Shown piece by piece: positions 45,073-55,574 of a stretch of 64,000 bases of DNA (positions are counted from its first letter, which is position 1; every line of letters begins with the position of its first letter). Below the pieces are notes generated by a model, which did not search any database, was not told where the DNA came from, and worked only from the letters and a program-made list of their open reading frames with translations. Both the position numbers and the translations under genes were made by a program. Source of the stretch: Kosmotogales bacterium. Its GTDB lineage: Bacteria; Thermotogota; Thermotogae; Petrotogales; Kosmotogaceae. The DNA is taken from positions 250 to 64,249 of the forward strand of contig JASGMR010000003.1 in the NCBI GenBank assembly GCA_030156385.1. Reading direction: 5' to 3'.

Positions 45073-46335
45073 TTAATACGATAATTCAACTACGTTATTG
45101 TTTCCGTATTTTCTCAGATTATTCGAAATAATTCTTATATCTTTACCATTTTTAATCAATTTTATGTAAGCCATTTCTATTCTTTTTTCAAAACCATTTA
45201 AACCTTTACTCTGTATTTTCTCAATCACGGGAGTCCAGGCACCAGTATTGGCATAAAAAAGATATTCCTCTGGCTTAGGAATAATTCGCACACAATGCTT
45301 ATGATTATGACCCATTATTACACCTTTGAGTTCAGTAGGGAATATTGGGATTTTTTCTTTCAATTTCCAATAGTTGGAAATTGTATCAATCACTTCTTTG
45401 AACCCCTTTGAAGAATCATAAACTCCCAATAACTTTTGTGCCTGTCTGAAAAGATTATCCGTTTTTCTAAACTTTCTGATATTCATCACCAAAGATATTA
45501 AAAATTGCCCCAAAACCATTCCCCCAAACTCATTGATAAATATCTTTTTGAGAAATTTTAATTTCGGCCAGAGCACTGAAATCCACTCATTTCCGTATTC
45601 GCTGTTTAGAAGCCTGATGAAATTGTCCGTCCAGAGCTTCAACAGGTCTTCGTTTATATCATGTTTTCTCTGAAGATATTGTAAATATTCGAATATATCT
45701 AGAATTGGACTTATCAAATGCAGATTTTGAAGAATGGATATCGGAAGATTCAATTTTTCCAGTTTTTTCTCAAAAGTTCTTTTCATGAAGCTGTACATAT
45801 AATCTGAAAAGGGTGGAAGAATATCTTCGCCATTTTTTCTTTCAACAATTTTGTTTGCAATATCGAATTGATTTCCATGAATGGAAAACACTTTAAAATC
45901 CTTATCTATATAATATGGAAGTATTTCAATATTTTCTTCTGTATCTGATAATGCTTCGGCGGATCTCAACATCAATTTTTCATTGTAAATTAGATGCACA
46001 TCGTGGTTTCCAATAAGATACTTTATTTTTCCTTTTTTGGAGAATTTTTTAAAAGAATCGAATACTTTAGGGTGAGTTTTTTCTATACTGTCTATTATAC
46101 CTAAATCGATGTTTTTACAGGATTCTGAAAAATTCAGTGAAAATGTGACTTCATCAATTTTATCGTTCATCATTAGTTCAAGCAGGTCACCTACTATGAT
46201 GATTTCTTTTACATTATCTTCAATGGCCTCGTCGATAAGTGTTTCAAATTCGTCATCGAAATGGAAGTAGTCGGTGTCTCCCCCATTCCCTAGATGTAAA
46301 TCCGCCAAATATATTTTTTTAATATCGTTTTCCAT
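45073..46335 (-). CDS. Calcineurin-like metallophosphoesterase with a large helical insertion (LpxH-like layout)
   Basis: Motifs ADLHLGNG, VGDLLEL, GNHD, IHGNQFD, GHNHKH. 420 aa. Confidence 0.7.
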   Translation of the reverse strand: MENDIKKIYLADLHLGNGGDTDYFHFDDEFETLIDEAIEDNVKEIIIVGDLLELMMNDKIDEVTFSLNFSESCKNIDLGIIDSIEKTHPKVFDSFKKFSKKGKIKYLIGNHDVHLIYNEKLMLRSAEALSDTEENIEILPYYIDKDFKVFSIHGNQFDIANKIVERKNGEDILPPFSDYMYSFMKRTFEKKLEKLNLPISILQNLHLISPILDIFEYLQYLQRKHDINEDLLKLWTDNFIRLLNSEYGNEWISVLWPKLKFLKKIFINEFGGMVLGQFLISLVMNIRKFRKTDNLFRQAQKLLGVYDSSKGFKEVIDTISNYWKLKEKIPIFPTELKGVIMGHNHKHCVRIIPKPEEYLFYANTGAWTPVIEKIQSKGLNGFEKRIEMAYIKLIKNGKDIRIISNNLRKYGNNNVVELSY

Positions 46336-46403
46336 TTCTACACTCCATAAAAATAAATAATATTTTTGGTATAATTCAACGTGTATATATTATAGATTTT
46401 GAG

Positions 46404-47330
46404 GTGTTTAAAATATTTTATCTTTTTGATTTTTTAATTTCATTATCAGCGGTTTTTTCAGGTTCAGGAGCATTTTTTATTACTCTTTCTTTCGTTTTGC
46501 TGATATCCTTTGTAATGAGAAGCAATGAAAGCGCCATATTCAGTAATCATACCTCGAGAAGGGTATCATTGGTCGGGTCTTTGCTTTTTTATTTGCTGCT
46601 CTTCCTTATATATATAATCGTGTTTAAAAAGATATCATATTTTATTTTCATCCCGCTAATCGATATAATCCTCAAAAATACTATCCTTTATCGACTTAAG
46701 TATATAACGAAAAAAGTATATTTTCTATCTGATGAAGAAATAAAGGAACTTTCTTTCGGTGAAAAAAATTATGATTCCGTAAAAAGAGTTCTTGATATCA
46801 TTTTATCAATTTTTATGCTGGTTTTATTATCACCAATCTTTCTCATAATATATTTTCTGATAGCCATATTGGACGGAAAACCAGCGATAATAAAACAAAA
46901 AAGAATCGGCAGAGATGAAAAAGAATTTTATATGTATAAATTCAGGACATATAAGTTTGATGGAGAAACGAAAACAAAAATAGGTAAAATAATCAGGCCG
47001 ATCAGATTCGATGAACTTCCCCAGTTCTTCAATGTTTTAAAAGGAGATATGTCAGTTGTTGGGCCCAGGCCGGAACTGATGTTTTTTCACAAAATGGCTG
47101 CTGAAAATATTTCTTATTATCATTGGAGAGCAAAAATCAAACCCGGTCTCACCGGTTGGGCCCAGATAAACTATAAATATACTCAAACGATAGAAGAATA
47201 TATAATGAAAACTAAATATGATCTCTATTATTTAAAAAACAGATCTTTTTGTATCGATTTTAAAATTTTCTTCAAAACTCCTTACGCGATTGTTTTCACT
47301 CTATTAAAAAGAAAAAAATCCCAATTGTAA
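46404..47330 (+). CDS. Polyprenyl-phosphate sugar-phosphate transferase (bacterial sugar transferase family) with extra N-terminal TM helices
   Basis: VKRVLDIILS..., KPAIIKQKRIG, YKFRT, DELPQFFNVLKGDMSVVGPRPE. Start uncertain because the GTG lies inside GAGGTG. Confidence 0.8.
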   Translation: MFKIFYLFDFLISLSAVFSGSGAFFITLSFVLLISFVMRSNESAIFSNHTSRRVSLVGSLLFYLLLFLIYIIVFKKISYFIFIPLIDIILKNTILYRLKYITKKVYFLSDEEIKELSFGEKNYDSVKRVLDIILSIFMLVLLSPIFLIIYFLIAILDGKPAIIKQKRIGRDEKEFYMYKFRTYKFDGETKTKIGKIIRPIRFDELPQFFNVLKGDMSVVGPRPELMFFHKMAAENISYYHWRAKIKPGLTGWAQINYKYTQTIEEYIMKTKYDLYYLKNRSFCIDFKIFFKTPYAIVFTLLKRKKSQL

Positions 47331-47477
47331 ATTGTTTTAAAAACTCCGGATGAAAGAATTGAATGTATTTGAACATTTGTATATAGTTTTTTTGTGAGTT
47401 TAAAAAAATAAGCGTTTGGTTCACCTCAATCATTTTTGCTATCTTATTCTTCAATTAATGAACAAACATATTGACTG

Positions 47478-47486
47478 TGATATAAT
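47478..47486 (+). promoter_or_regulatory. Extended -10 element (TGATATAAT) upstream of valS
   Basis: TGnTATAAT match about 31 nt upstream of the valS ATG. The same 9-mer occurs upstream of the PFK gene. Confidence 0.3.
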
Positions 47487-47516
47487 TTTCTCAAATTTGT
47501 TTTAGGAGTGAAGTGA

Positions 47517-50123
47517 ATGCAAGATTTGGAAAGTAAGTACAATCCATCTGCTATTGAAAAGAAATGGTACAGGTTTTGGAAAGAAAAAGGACTCTTTAAA
47601 CCATCTGACGCTGAAAAATCATACACTATTGTGATACCTCCTCCGAATATAACCGGAGCAATTCACATGGGGCATGCGCTTAACATGACTTTACAGGATG
47701 TTCTGGTCAGGTATAAAAGACTGAAGGGGTTTTCTACACTTTGGCTTCCGGGTGAAGACCACGCCGGTATTGCAACTCAAAATGCCGTTGAAAAATCTTT
47801 GGCAAAAGAGAACAAAAACAGACACGAATTGGGCAGAGAAAAATTCGTCGATATAACCTGGGAATGGGCAAACCATTTTAGAAAAAGAATAAAGCAGCAG
47901 ATTGAGGTGATGGGTTGTTCGTGTGATTGGTCGAGAGAGAGATTTACGCTTGATGAAGGCCTGGAAAGTGCCGTTAGAAAAGCATTTGTCCTGTTATACA
48001 AAAAGGGTCTGATATATAAGGGAAAATACATTGTTAACTGGTGTTCAAGATGCGGAACGGTTCTTTCGGATGAAGAGGTGGAACACGAGGATGTTCCGTC
48101 GGCGTTCTGGTATATTAAATATCCTTTCGCCGATGATAAGGAGAAATATGTGGTTATCGCTACAACGAGACCGGAAACCATGTTGGGGGATACAGCTATT
48201 GCCGTTAACCCAAGCGATGAAAGATATAAAAATTTAATAGGCAAAGAGGTCATTCTGCCTCTCGTTAATAAAAAAATAAAAATAATCGGTGATATACACG
48301 CCGATCCTGAAATGGGAACAGGGGCATTGAAAGTTACTCCCGCCCACGATCCAAATGATTTTTTAATAGGGCTTAGGCATGATTTAGATGTGGTTGAAAT
48401 AATGGATGGTGATGGGAAAATAAATGAAAATGGTGGAGTTTATACTGGCCTGGATAGATTTGAAGCCAGAAAAAAGATAGTCGAAGATCTTAAGGATAAA
48501 GGATATTTGATAAAAATTGAAGAAATGACCCATTCGGTTGGGAAATGTTATAGATGTGGTACTTTGATAGAACCATCTCTTTCAGACCAGTGGTTTGTTA
48601 AAGTCAAGCCTCTCGCTTCAGAAGCGATAAAGGCGGTTGAAAATGGTGAAGTTAAATTTCATCCGGACAGATGGACTAAGGTGTATCTTCGCTGGATGAA
48701 TGAAATTCGCGATTGGTGCATTTCGAGACAACTATGGTGGGGACATCGTATACCTGTATGGTATTGTCAGGAATGTGGAGAAGTTATCTGCGAAGAGCAT
48801 GATCCGGATTTCTGCCCAAAATGTGGTAGCAAAAATCTAAAACAGGATGAGGATGTTTTAGATACCTGGTTCAGTTCACAACTCTGGCCTTTTTCTACTC
48901 TTGGCTGGCCGGAAAAGACCGATGATCTGGAGAAATTTTATCCCACATCCACTCTCGTTACCGGTTTTGATATAATCTTTTTTTGGGTTGCGAGAATGAT
49001 CATGGCCGGATATGAATTTATGGGTGAAAGGCCATTTGATGATGTTTATATAACTCAGCTTGTCAGAGACAAAGATGGCAGAAAAATGTCTAAATCCCTA
49101 GGAAACGGTATAGATCCCATTGAAGTTGTTGAAGAATATGGTGCGGATCCAATGCGATTTACCCTGGTGAGATTGACTCATGGGAATGATATCAATCTGG
49201 ACGTAAAATTCATTGAGGCGAACAAGAAATTTGCAAATAAAATATGGAATGCGACGAGATTTGTTTTAATGAATTTGCAGGATTATAAAAAAATTGATAT
49301 TGATGAAAAAGATTTGGAATTGGAAGATAGATGGATTATTTCAAGGTTGGGTGATACGGTTTCGGAAGTGGAAAATTCACTTGACAATTTTGAATTCAAT
49401 CTTGCCGCAACAAAAATCTATTCGTTTTTCTGGAACGAGTTTTGTGACTGGTATATTGAATCGATAAAAGGACGATTGAGAAATCAGAATAAGACAAAAC
49501 TCGTAGCTCAAAATGTGCTGGTAAAAATTCTGGACGGCTCTTTGAAGATATTGCATCCATTCATGCCGTTTGTGACTGAAGAATTATGGCAAAAACTTCC
49601 GGTACAGGGTGAATCAATAATGACCCAGAAATGGCCCGAACTTGAAGATTTTCCCGGAGATAAAGAAGCTGAAAAGGATTTTGACAGATTGATGGAGATA
49701 ATAAAGGGTATAAGGAACGTGAGAGCAGAAATGAGTATACCACCTTCAAAATCAATTGAAATCTATTATATCGGAACAAAACTCGATGAAAACTATTTGA
49801 ATATTCTTAAATTGTTGGGGAATGTTTTGGAGATTTCAAAGAAGGATGAAAAAATAAGAGGTAGCGCCACAGCTTATGCCGACGAAATACAGATGTTCTA
49901 TATTTTTCTTGGTGAAATGGATTTGGAAGCGGAAGTGGGTAGATTGGAAGAGAAAAAAACGAAGTTTCTTAAGGAAATAAAAATGTTTGAAAAAAAATTA
50001 TCTAACGGGAAGTTTATAGAAAGAGCACCAGAGGAAGTAGTGAATGAAAATAAAGAGAAATTGCAAAAAAACAGGGATGATCTTTTCAGAATAGAAAAGA
50101 TTATCCAGGACCTGAAATCATAA
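47517..50123 (+). CDS. valS: Valine--tRNA ligase
   Basis: PPPNITGAIHMGH (HIGH), KMSKS, C-terminal coiled coil. 868 aa. AGGAGTG RBS. Confidence 0.95.
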   Translation: MQDLESKYNPSAIEKKWYRFWKEKGLFKPSDAEKSYTIVIPPPNITGAIHMGHALNMTLQDVLVRYKRLKGFSTLWLPGEDHAGIATQNAVEKSLAKENKNRHELGREKFVDITWEWANHFRKRIKQQIEVMGCSCDWSRERFTLDEGLESAVRKAFVLLYKKGLIYKGKYIVNWCSRCGTVLSDEEVEHEDVPSAFWYIKYPFADDKEKYVVIATTRPETMLGDTAIAVNPSDERYKNLIGKEVILPLVNKKIKIIGDIHADPEMGTGALKVTPAHDPNDFLIGLRHDLDVVEIMDGDGKINENGGVYTGLDRFEARKKIVEDLKDKGYLIKIEEMTHSVGKCYRCGTLIEPSLSDQWFVKVKPLASEAIKAVENGEVKFHPDRWTKVYLRWMNEIRDWCISRQLWWGHRIPVWYCQECGEVICEEHDPDFCPKCGSKNLKQDEDVLDTWFSSQLWPFSTLGWPEKTDDLEKFYPTSTLVTGFDIIFFWVARMIMAGYEFMGERPFDDVYITQLVRDKDGRKMSKSLGNGIDPIEVVEEYGADPMRFTLVRLTHGNDINLDVKFIEANKKFANKIWNATRFVLMNLQDYKKIDIDEKDLELEDRWIISRLGDTVSEVENSLDNFEFNLAATKIYSFFWNEFCDWYIESIKGRLRNQNKTKLVAQNVLVKILDGSLKILHPFMPFVTEELWQKLPVQGESIMTQKWPELEDFPGDKEAEKDFDRLMEIIKGIRNVRAEMSIPPSKSIEIYYIGTKLDENYLNILKLLGNVLEISKKDEKIRGSATAYADEIQMFYIFLGEMDLEAEVGRLEEKKTKFLKEIKMFEKKLSNGKFIERAPEEVVNENKEKLQKNRDDLFRIEKIIQDLKS

Positions 50124-51451
50124 TGAATTACGAAGAGACAATAGAATACCTGTATAATAACAGACCGTATGGAAAGATTAAGTACGGTTTGTTCAGGATT
50201 GAGGAACTTCTGACCAGACTTGGAAATCCTCAGAATAATTACAAAATAATTCACATTACCGGTACGAATGGTAAGGGAAGTGTGGCATCTTTTCTTCAGA
50301 ATATTTATAAATCTTCCGGGTATAAAACCGGCTTAAACATTTCACCACATATAATAGATTTCAGAGAGAGGATTCAAATAAACGGAAAAATGATTTCAAA
50401 ATCTGAAGTTGTTGATATTTTGTCACAGATGAAACCCCATATTGATTTGATGGATAAAAAAGGCGAAGAATTTGCTCCGAGTTTTTTTGAAGTTGTGACG
50501 GCTATGGCTTATTTATACTTTATGGAAAATAAGATAGATATAATGATTTCCGAAGTCGGACTTGGTGGAAGATTCGATGCCTCCAATATCGTAGAAAAAC
50601 CGGTTGCCACTGTAATTACTGAAGTATCTCTTGATCATACGAAAACTCTCGGGGGAACAGAATTGGACATTGCTTTTGAGAAAACGGGCATTCTCAAAGA
50701 TAATGTTCCGCTTATTTCAGGAGTTACCAGGCCCTTGATAAAAAAAAGAATCATTGAAAGAGCCGCTGAAAAAAATGTTAAAATTTATTTTTTTAATAAT
50801 GATTATTCTTTCAAAAATTATTTGCCTGAAATAAATAATAATTCAATGGATTATTTCGGTGAGAATGATTTTAAAGATGTTGAGTTTAAAATGAACGGGT
50901 ATTTTCAGGCCAAAAATCTTTCGACAGCTTTGAAAACATTTGAAGTAGTGCAAAAAGAAGCGGGAATACCTATCGATGAAGAAAAAATGAGAAGAGGTAT
51001 ATTAAATACCACCTGGCCAGGAAGATTGGAACTCATGGAATATAAAAACAAAAAAATTATTCTTGATGGGGCGCATAATCTTGATGGAACTATAAATCTG
51101 GTGAATAGTATAGAACAATATTTTCCACGGAAAAAATTTGCACTTCTGTACGGAAGTTTGTCAGATAAAGATTTTTCTGGCAGCATTAATATTTTGAAGA
51201 ATATTGTAAATAGAGTTGTAATTACTAAGGTACCCAGTAACAGATCAAAAAATCCGTACGAAGTATTCTTGCTTTGGAAGAAAAAGGAACAAAATTCTAC
51301 ATACATCGAAAACTTTAAAGAGGCGTTTGACGAAATTATTTCCGAAGACTGTGAAAATTTGCTTTTTACGGGTTCGTTATATTTGATAAGTGAACTCAGA
51401 AATCTCATCCGAAAAGGAGATGAGAAAATTGCTCGCAGGTATAAAATGTAA
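50123..51451 (+). CDS. folC: Folylpolyglutamate synthase / dihydrofolate synthase
   Basis: HITGTNGKGS P-loop, Mur-ligase layout. TAATG overlap with valS. Confidence 0.85.
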   Translation: MNYEETIEYLYNNRPYGKIKYGLFRIEELLTRLGNPQNNYKIIHITGTNGKGSVASFLQNIYKSSGYKTGLNISPHIIDFRERIQINGKMISKSEVVDILSQMKPHIDLMDKKGEEFAPSFFEVVTAMAYLYFMENKIDIMISEVGLGGRFDASNIVEKPVATVITEVSLDHTKTLGGTELDIAFEKTGILKDNVPLISGVTRPLIKKRIIERAAEKNVKIYFFNNDYSFKNYLPEINNNSMDYFGENDFKDVEFKMNGYFQAKNLSTALKTFEVVQKEAGIPIDEEKMRRGILNTTWPGRLELMEYKNKKIILDGAHNLDGTINLVNSIEQYFPRKKFALLYGSLSDKDFSGSINILKNIVNRVVITKVPSNRSKNPYEVFLLWKKKEQNSTYIENFKEAFDEIISEDCENLLFTGSLYLISELRNLIRKGDEKIARRYKM

Positions 51452-52004
51452 GATTCATGAGAAGAAGGAATGGGGAATATTGGCTGAAAACAACGGTTTT
51501 TTCTTTAATATTTTCTGTTCCAACTACACTTTGGAGAAAATAGAAGAGGGCTCCGAGTATATAATTTATACCCATCTTCAAACATCGCAGGATAAATCCC
51601 CACAACTTTATGGCTTTTTTGACAAAAAAGAGGAAAAAATATTTAAAGCTTTGATAAAAGTTAATAAGATCGGTCCAAAGGTGGCGTTGAAACTTCTCTC
51701 ATCATCTACTCCTGATAAAGTAATTGAATATATAGCCACGAAGGATGCGGGAAGTCTGAGCACTCTTCCGGGAATAGGTGCAAAAACCGCCGAGCGATTA
51801 ATAATAGAACTTTCGGGACTGTATGAAACAGTTGAAACCGAAGAAATGAAGGAAGAAAGTTTTGAAGATGCCATAGAAGCCCTGCTGGCTTTGGGATTTG
51901 ACAAAAGAGAAATTACAAAGGCCGTAAAAAAGATTTTTTCCAGAGAAAGAAATTTAGAGAGTTCCGAAATAATAAGGAAAGCCCTGAACATTTTAAAAAA
52001 GTGA
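51420..52004 (+). CDS. ruvA: Holliday junction DNA helicase subunit RuvA
   Basis: OB-fold N-terminus, HhH motifs (INKIGPKVALKLL, LPGIGAKTAERLI), C-terminal domain III. Start ambiguous (51390, 51420 or TTG at 51429). Overlaps the folC 3' end. Confidence 0.8.
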   Translation: MRKLLAGIKCKIHEKKEWGILAENNGFFFNIFCSNYTLEKIEEGSEYIIYTHLQTSQDKSPQLYGFFDKKEEKIFKALIKVNKIGPKVALKLLSSSTPDKVIEYIATKDAGSLSTLPGIGAKTAERLIIELSGLYETVETEEMKEESFEDAIEALLALGFDKREITKAVKKIFSRERNLESSEIIRKALNILKK

Positions 52005-52068
52005 AAAAGGAAACCCTTTTAAAAATGCATATTTTGATTTATAATATTTTTGTAACGGGAGGTAAGGT

Positions 52069-53394
52069 ATGACCTGTATAATTTTGGCTGCTGGAAAAGG
52101 AACCAGGATGAAATCGAAATATCCGAAGGTACTTCATAAGGTTCTTGATATTCCTATAATAAATTGGGTAGTTGAGACTTCAAAAAAATTGAACCCGGAG
52201 AAAATAATAGTTATAACAGGATACAAAGCGGAGTTAGTTGAAAAAATTCTTCCGGATGATGTTGTTTGTGTCAGACAGGAAGAACAATTAGGAACCGGAC
52301 ACGCCGTAAAGACAGCTTACAATTTTATTCCCGATGATGAAGTTCTGATTTTAAATGGTGACGTTCCCTTCATAAATGAGAAAACAATTAATGAATTTAT
52401 AAAGTTCAGAGAAGAAAACGGGTATCAGGCGGCTGTTTTGTCGATGGTTTTAAAGGACCCTGTACATTACGGAAAGATAATTCATAAAAAAAATAAAATT
52501 GAAATAAAAGAATTCAGAGATATTGTTGACGAAGAAAAAATGATCAATGAAGTCAACAGTGGGATATATTGTTTCGATGGTAAATTTCTGAAAAAAGCAC
52601 TGGAAAATCTTAAGAATAATAATGATCAAAATGAATTTTATCTTACGGACACCCTTGATATGGCGGAAAAATCCGGTGCGATGGTCGTTGAGGATAATTT
52701 TCAGGTTTTGGGAATCAACGATAGAAAAGAACTCATAAAGATGAATCAAGCGATAAAAAACAGAATAAACAATGAATTGATCGAAAATGGAGTGACAATT
52801 TTGGATCCGGAAAACACATGGATTGGACCGAATGTTAAGATCGGTATGGATACAGTCATATATCCTTTCACTTATATAACTGGTAACACAGAAATCGGTG
52901 AAGATTGTATTATAGGCCCAATGACGAGACTTCATGAGAGTACTCTTCAGAATAATGTTATCGTTCAGAGATCTGAAGTGGAGTTTTCAAAAGTGATGCG
53001 GAATGTTTCAATTGGTCCATGGTCAAGGTTGAGAAAAGAAAATGTGATTGAAGAGAATGTGAAAATAGGAGATTTTGTTGAGTTGAAAAAAGCTCATATA
53101 GGAAAAAATTCCAAAGCTCAGCATTTGAGTTATCTGGGCGATGCAACATTAGGAGAAAACGTTAATATAGGTGCAGGTACTATTACCTGTAATTATGATG
53201 GTAAAAACAAGTTCAAAACGAATATTGGTGATGAGGCCTTTATCGGAAGTAACAGTTCCCTGGTCGCACCTGTTAATGTCGGAAAGTCGTCTTTAGTTGG
53301 TGCGGGTTCAGTTATTACCGAAGATGTTCCGGATTATTCCCTTGCGCTTGGAAGAGGAAGACAGATAAATAAAAAAGATAGAATAAAAAAATAA
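52069..53394 (+). CDS. glmU: Bifunctional UDP-GlcNAc pyrophosphorylase / GlcN-1-P N-acetyltransferase
   Basis: ILAAGKGTRMKS, and a left-handed beta-helix hexapeptide C-terminal half. 441 aa. Confidence 0.9.
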   Translation: MTCIILAAGKGTRMKSKYPKVLHKVLDIPIINWVVETSKKLNPEKIIVITGYKAELVEKILPDDVVCVRQEEQLGTGHAVKTAYNFIPDDEVLILNGDVPFINEKTINEFIKFREENGYQAAVLSMVLKDPVHYGKIIHKKNKIEIKEFRDIVDEEKMINEVNSGIYCFDGKFLKKALENLKNNNDQNEFYLTDTLDMAEKSGAMVVEDNFQVLGINDRKELIKMNQAIKNRINNELIENGVTILDPENTWIGPNVKIGMDTVIYPFTYITGNTEIGEDCIIGPMTRLHESTLQNNVIVQRSEVEFSKVMRNVSIGPWSRLRKENVIEENVKIGDFVELKKAHIGKNSKAQHLSYLGDATLGENVNIGAGTITCNYDGKNKFKTNIGDEAFIGSNSSLVAPVNVGKSSLVGAGSVITEDVPDYSLALGRGRQINKKDRIKK

Positions 53395-53406
53395 TGGAGG
53401 CTTTAT

Positions 53407-54357
53407 ATGTCATTTAACGACAGAGAAATGAAAATTTTTTCTGGATCTTCAAATGTTGGATTAGCAAAAAAAATCTCAGAATATTTGGGAGTTCCGTTGG
53501 GGAATTGTCAATTTTCGACTTTTTCAGACGGAGAGATAAATATTAAAGTGAATGAGACTGTCAGGGGCAGACACGTTTTTATAATACAGTCTACGTGTGG
53601 ACCGGTGAATGAAAATTTAATGGAACTGTTTATTGCAATCGATGCTTTTAAGAGGGCTTCTGCAAAATCCATCAATGCTGTGATTCCGTATTATGGATAT
53701 GCAAGACAGGATAGAAAGGCCCGGGGAAGAGATCCCATAACTGCAAAATTGGTTGCAAATTTGTTGACTGAAGCGGGTTTGTCAAGATTATTAACGATCG
53801 ATCTGCATTCCGAACAAATTCAGGGCTTTTTCGATATCCCCGTTGATAATTTATACAGTTTTCCAGTTTTTTCAGATTATATTTCGAATAGTTTTGTTTG
53901 CCTTGAAGATTGCGTTGTCGTTTCGCCCGATGTCGGAGGAGTAAAAAGAGCGAATAAATTTGCTACAAAACTTGGAATACCTTTAGCTATTCTTGATAAA
54001 AGAAGACCTAAAGATAATTTTGTTGAAATAGTTAACGTAATAGGAGATTTGAGAAAAGTCAAGACAGCTATCTTTTTTGATGATATAATAGACACCGGTC
54101 GTTCTTTGGCAGAAGGAGCAAGCATTATAAAAAGTAAGGGAGTGGAGAAAATTTACTGTTGCGCGACTCACGGAGTTCTTTCTGGAAAGGCCAAAGAATT
54201 AATTCAAAATTCCGTAATAGATGGAGTGTTTATTACTGATACAATACCTCATGCAGAGTTACCTGATAAATTTCATGTTGTCTCTCTTGCGGAACTTTTG
54301 AGTGAAGCGATTTCGAGGGTTTATAATAATGAATCAATCAGTATCATGTTTGAATAG
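53407..54357 (+). CDS. prs: Ribose-phosphate pyrophosphokinase
   Basis: YYGYARQDRK and the PRPP-binding loop DDIIDTG. 316 aa. Confidence 0.95.
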   Translation: MSFNDREMKIFSGSSNVGLAKKISEYLGVPLGNCQFSTFSDGEINIKVNETVRGRHVFIIQSTCGPVNENLMELFIAIDAFKRASAKSINAVIPYYGYARQDRKARGRDPITAKLVANLLTEAGLSRLLTIDLHSEQIQGFFDIPVDNLYSFPVFSDYISNSFVCLEDCVVVSPDVGGVKRANKFATKLGIPLAILDKRRPKDNFVEIVNVIGDLRKVKTAIFFDDIIDTGRSLAEGASIIKSKGVEKIYCCATHGVLSGKAKELIQNSVIDGVFITDTIPHAELPDKFHVVSLAELLSEAISRVYNNESISIMFE

Positions 54358-54369
54358 AGGAGGATTTAA

Positions 54370-55005
54370 ATGCAAGTTAGAACCATTGAAGCAAAAAAAA
54401 GAGATACGAATAAAAAAGCGAAGCATCTTTTAGAGAAAAATGTTCTTCCCGCTGTTATTTATGGTCCGGATATTGAATCAACGCCTATTGAATTAGATCT
54501 GGTAGAAATTAGAAAATTTATTAATAGTGTAGCCGAAACAACTCCGTTTGAAATTAAAGTGAATGGAGAAAGTCATCATGCGTTTTTAAAATCTATCCAG
54601 AGACACAAGGTTAAGGATAGCTTGATTCATCTTGATTTTTTTGTTCCAGCTAAAGGACATAGAATGGAAGTCAATATTCCTTTAAAGTTCGAAGGAGAAC
54701 CCGTAGGAATTGAAAAGGGTGGTAAATTCCATGTAATTCATAATGAAATTCCAGTTTCGATTCTTCCAAAGGATATTATTGATGAAATAATCGTTGACAT
54801 CAGCGGAATGGATATTGATGATCATATATTAATCAAGGATTTGAAAATTCCCGAAAGCTTCAGACTTAGACTTGAAGAAGACGAAGCGGTTGCAATTTTG
54901 GAACATCCAAAATTAATGGCTGAAGCGGAAGTTTCCGAAGAAGGTGTAGAAGTAGAAACAATTAAAGAACAAGAAGGAAGCGAAGAAGAAACGTCTGAAA
55001 AATAA
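54370..55005 (+). CDS. rplY: 50S ribosomal protein L25 / general stress protein Ctc
   Basis: LPAVIYG motif, two-domain Ctc length with an acidic tail. glmU-prs-ctc-pth context. Confidence 0.85.
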   Translation: MQVRTIEAKKRDTNKKAKHLLEKNVLPAVIYGPDIESTPIELDLVEIRKFINSVAETTPFEIKVNGESHHAFLKSIQRHKVKDSLIHLDFFVPAKGHRMEVNIPLKFEGEPVGIEKGGKFHVIHNEIPVSILPKDIIDEIIVDISGMDIDDHILIKDLKIPESFRLRLEEDEAVAILEHPKLMAEAEVSEEGVEVETIKEQEGSEEETSEK

Positions 55006-55574
55006 TGAAATTAATAATAGGATTGGGAAATCCAGGCCCACGTTATGTATTCACCAGACATAACGTGGGTTTCCTTTACGTGGATAGAATAGTTGAGAAG
55101 TTTAAATTTAAAAAAATTAAAACAACAAAATTGTATGAATCCTTCATGGGAGAAATAGAGGGAAAATCTGTTATTCTTGCCAAACCGATGACTTTTATGA
55201 ATCTGAGTGGTCTGGCTGTGAAAGATCTATTGTTTTCAAACGATTTGTTACCGGAAGATATGCTACTGGTTTACGATGATATATGGTTGAACCTTGGAAG
55301 GATAAGAATAAGAAAAAAGGGTAGTGCCGGAGGGCACAATGGACTTAAATCTGTTATTAACTATATCAACACTGAATTTTTTAAGAGAATAAGAATAGGA
55401 ATTGGCCCGCTTAACGATAATGAAGATTTAATCGGATATGTTCTGGGAGAGTTCAGTAACGATGACTTACAAATACTATGGAAAGTTATAGATAGATCTA
55501 TTGAAGCGACGGTAGATATTTTAAAAAACAGTATCGATAAAGTTATGAACAATTACAATGGAGAGGTTCAGTAA
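55005..55574 (+). CDS. pth: Peptidyl-tRNA hydrolase
   Basis: [24 protein letters not shown]. Confidence 0.95.
   Translation: MKLIIGLGNPGPRYVFTRHNVGFLYVDRIVEKFKFKKIKTTKLYESFMGEIEGKSVILAKPMTFMNLSGLAVKDLLFSNDLLPEDMLLVYDDIWLNLGRIRIRKKGSAGGHNGLKSVINYINTEFFKRIRIGIGPLNDNEDLIGYVLGEFSNDDLQILWKVIDRSIEATVDILKNSIDKVMNNYNGEVQ

Noticed and set aside
47331-47516. Possible T-box leader upstream of valS
   Set aside because: I see no T-box-like GGUGGUACCGCG element, no specifier-loop architecture and no terminator/antiterminator pair. The predicted promoter leaves only a leader of about 25-30 nt.
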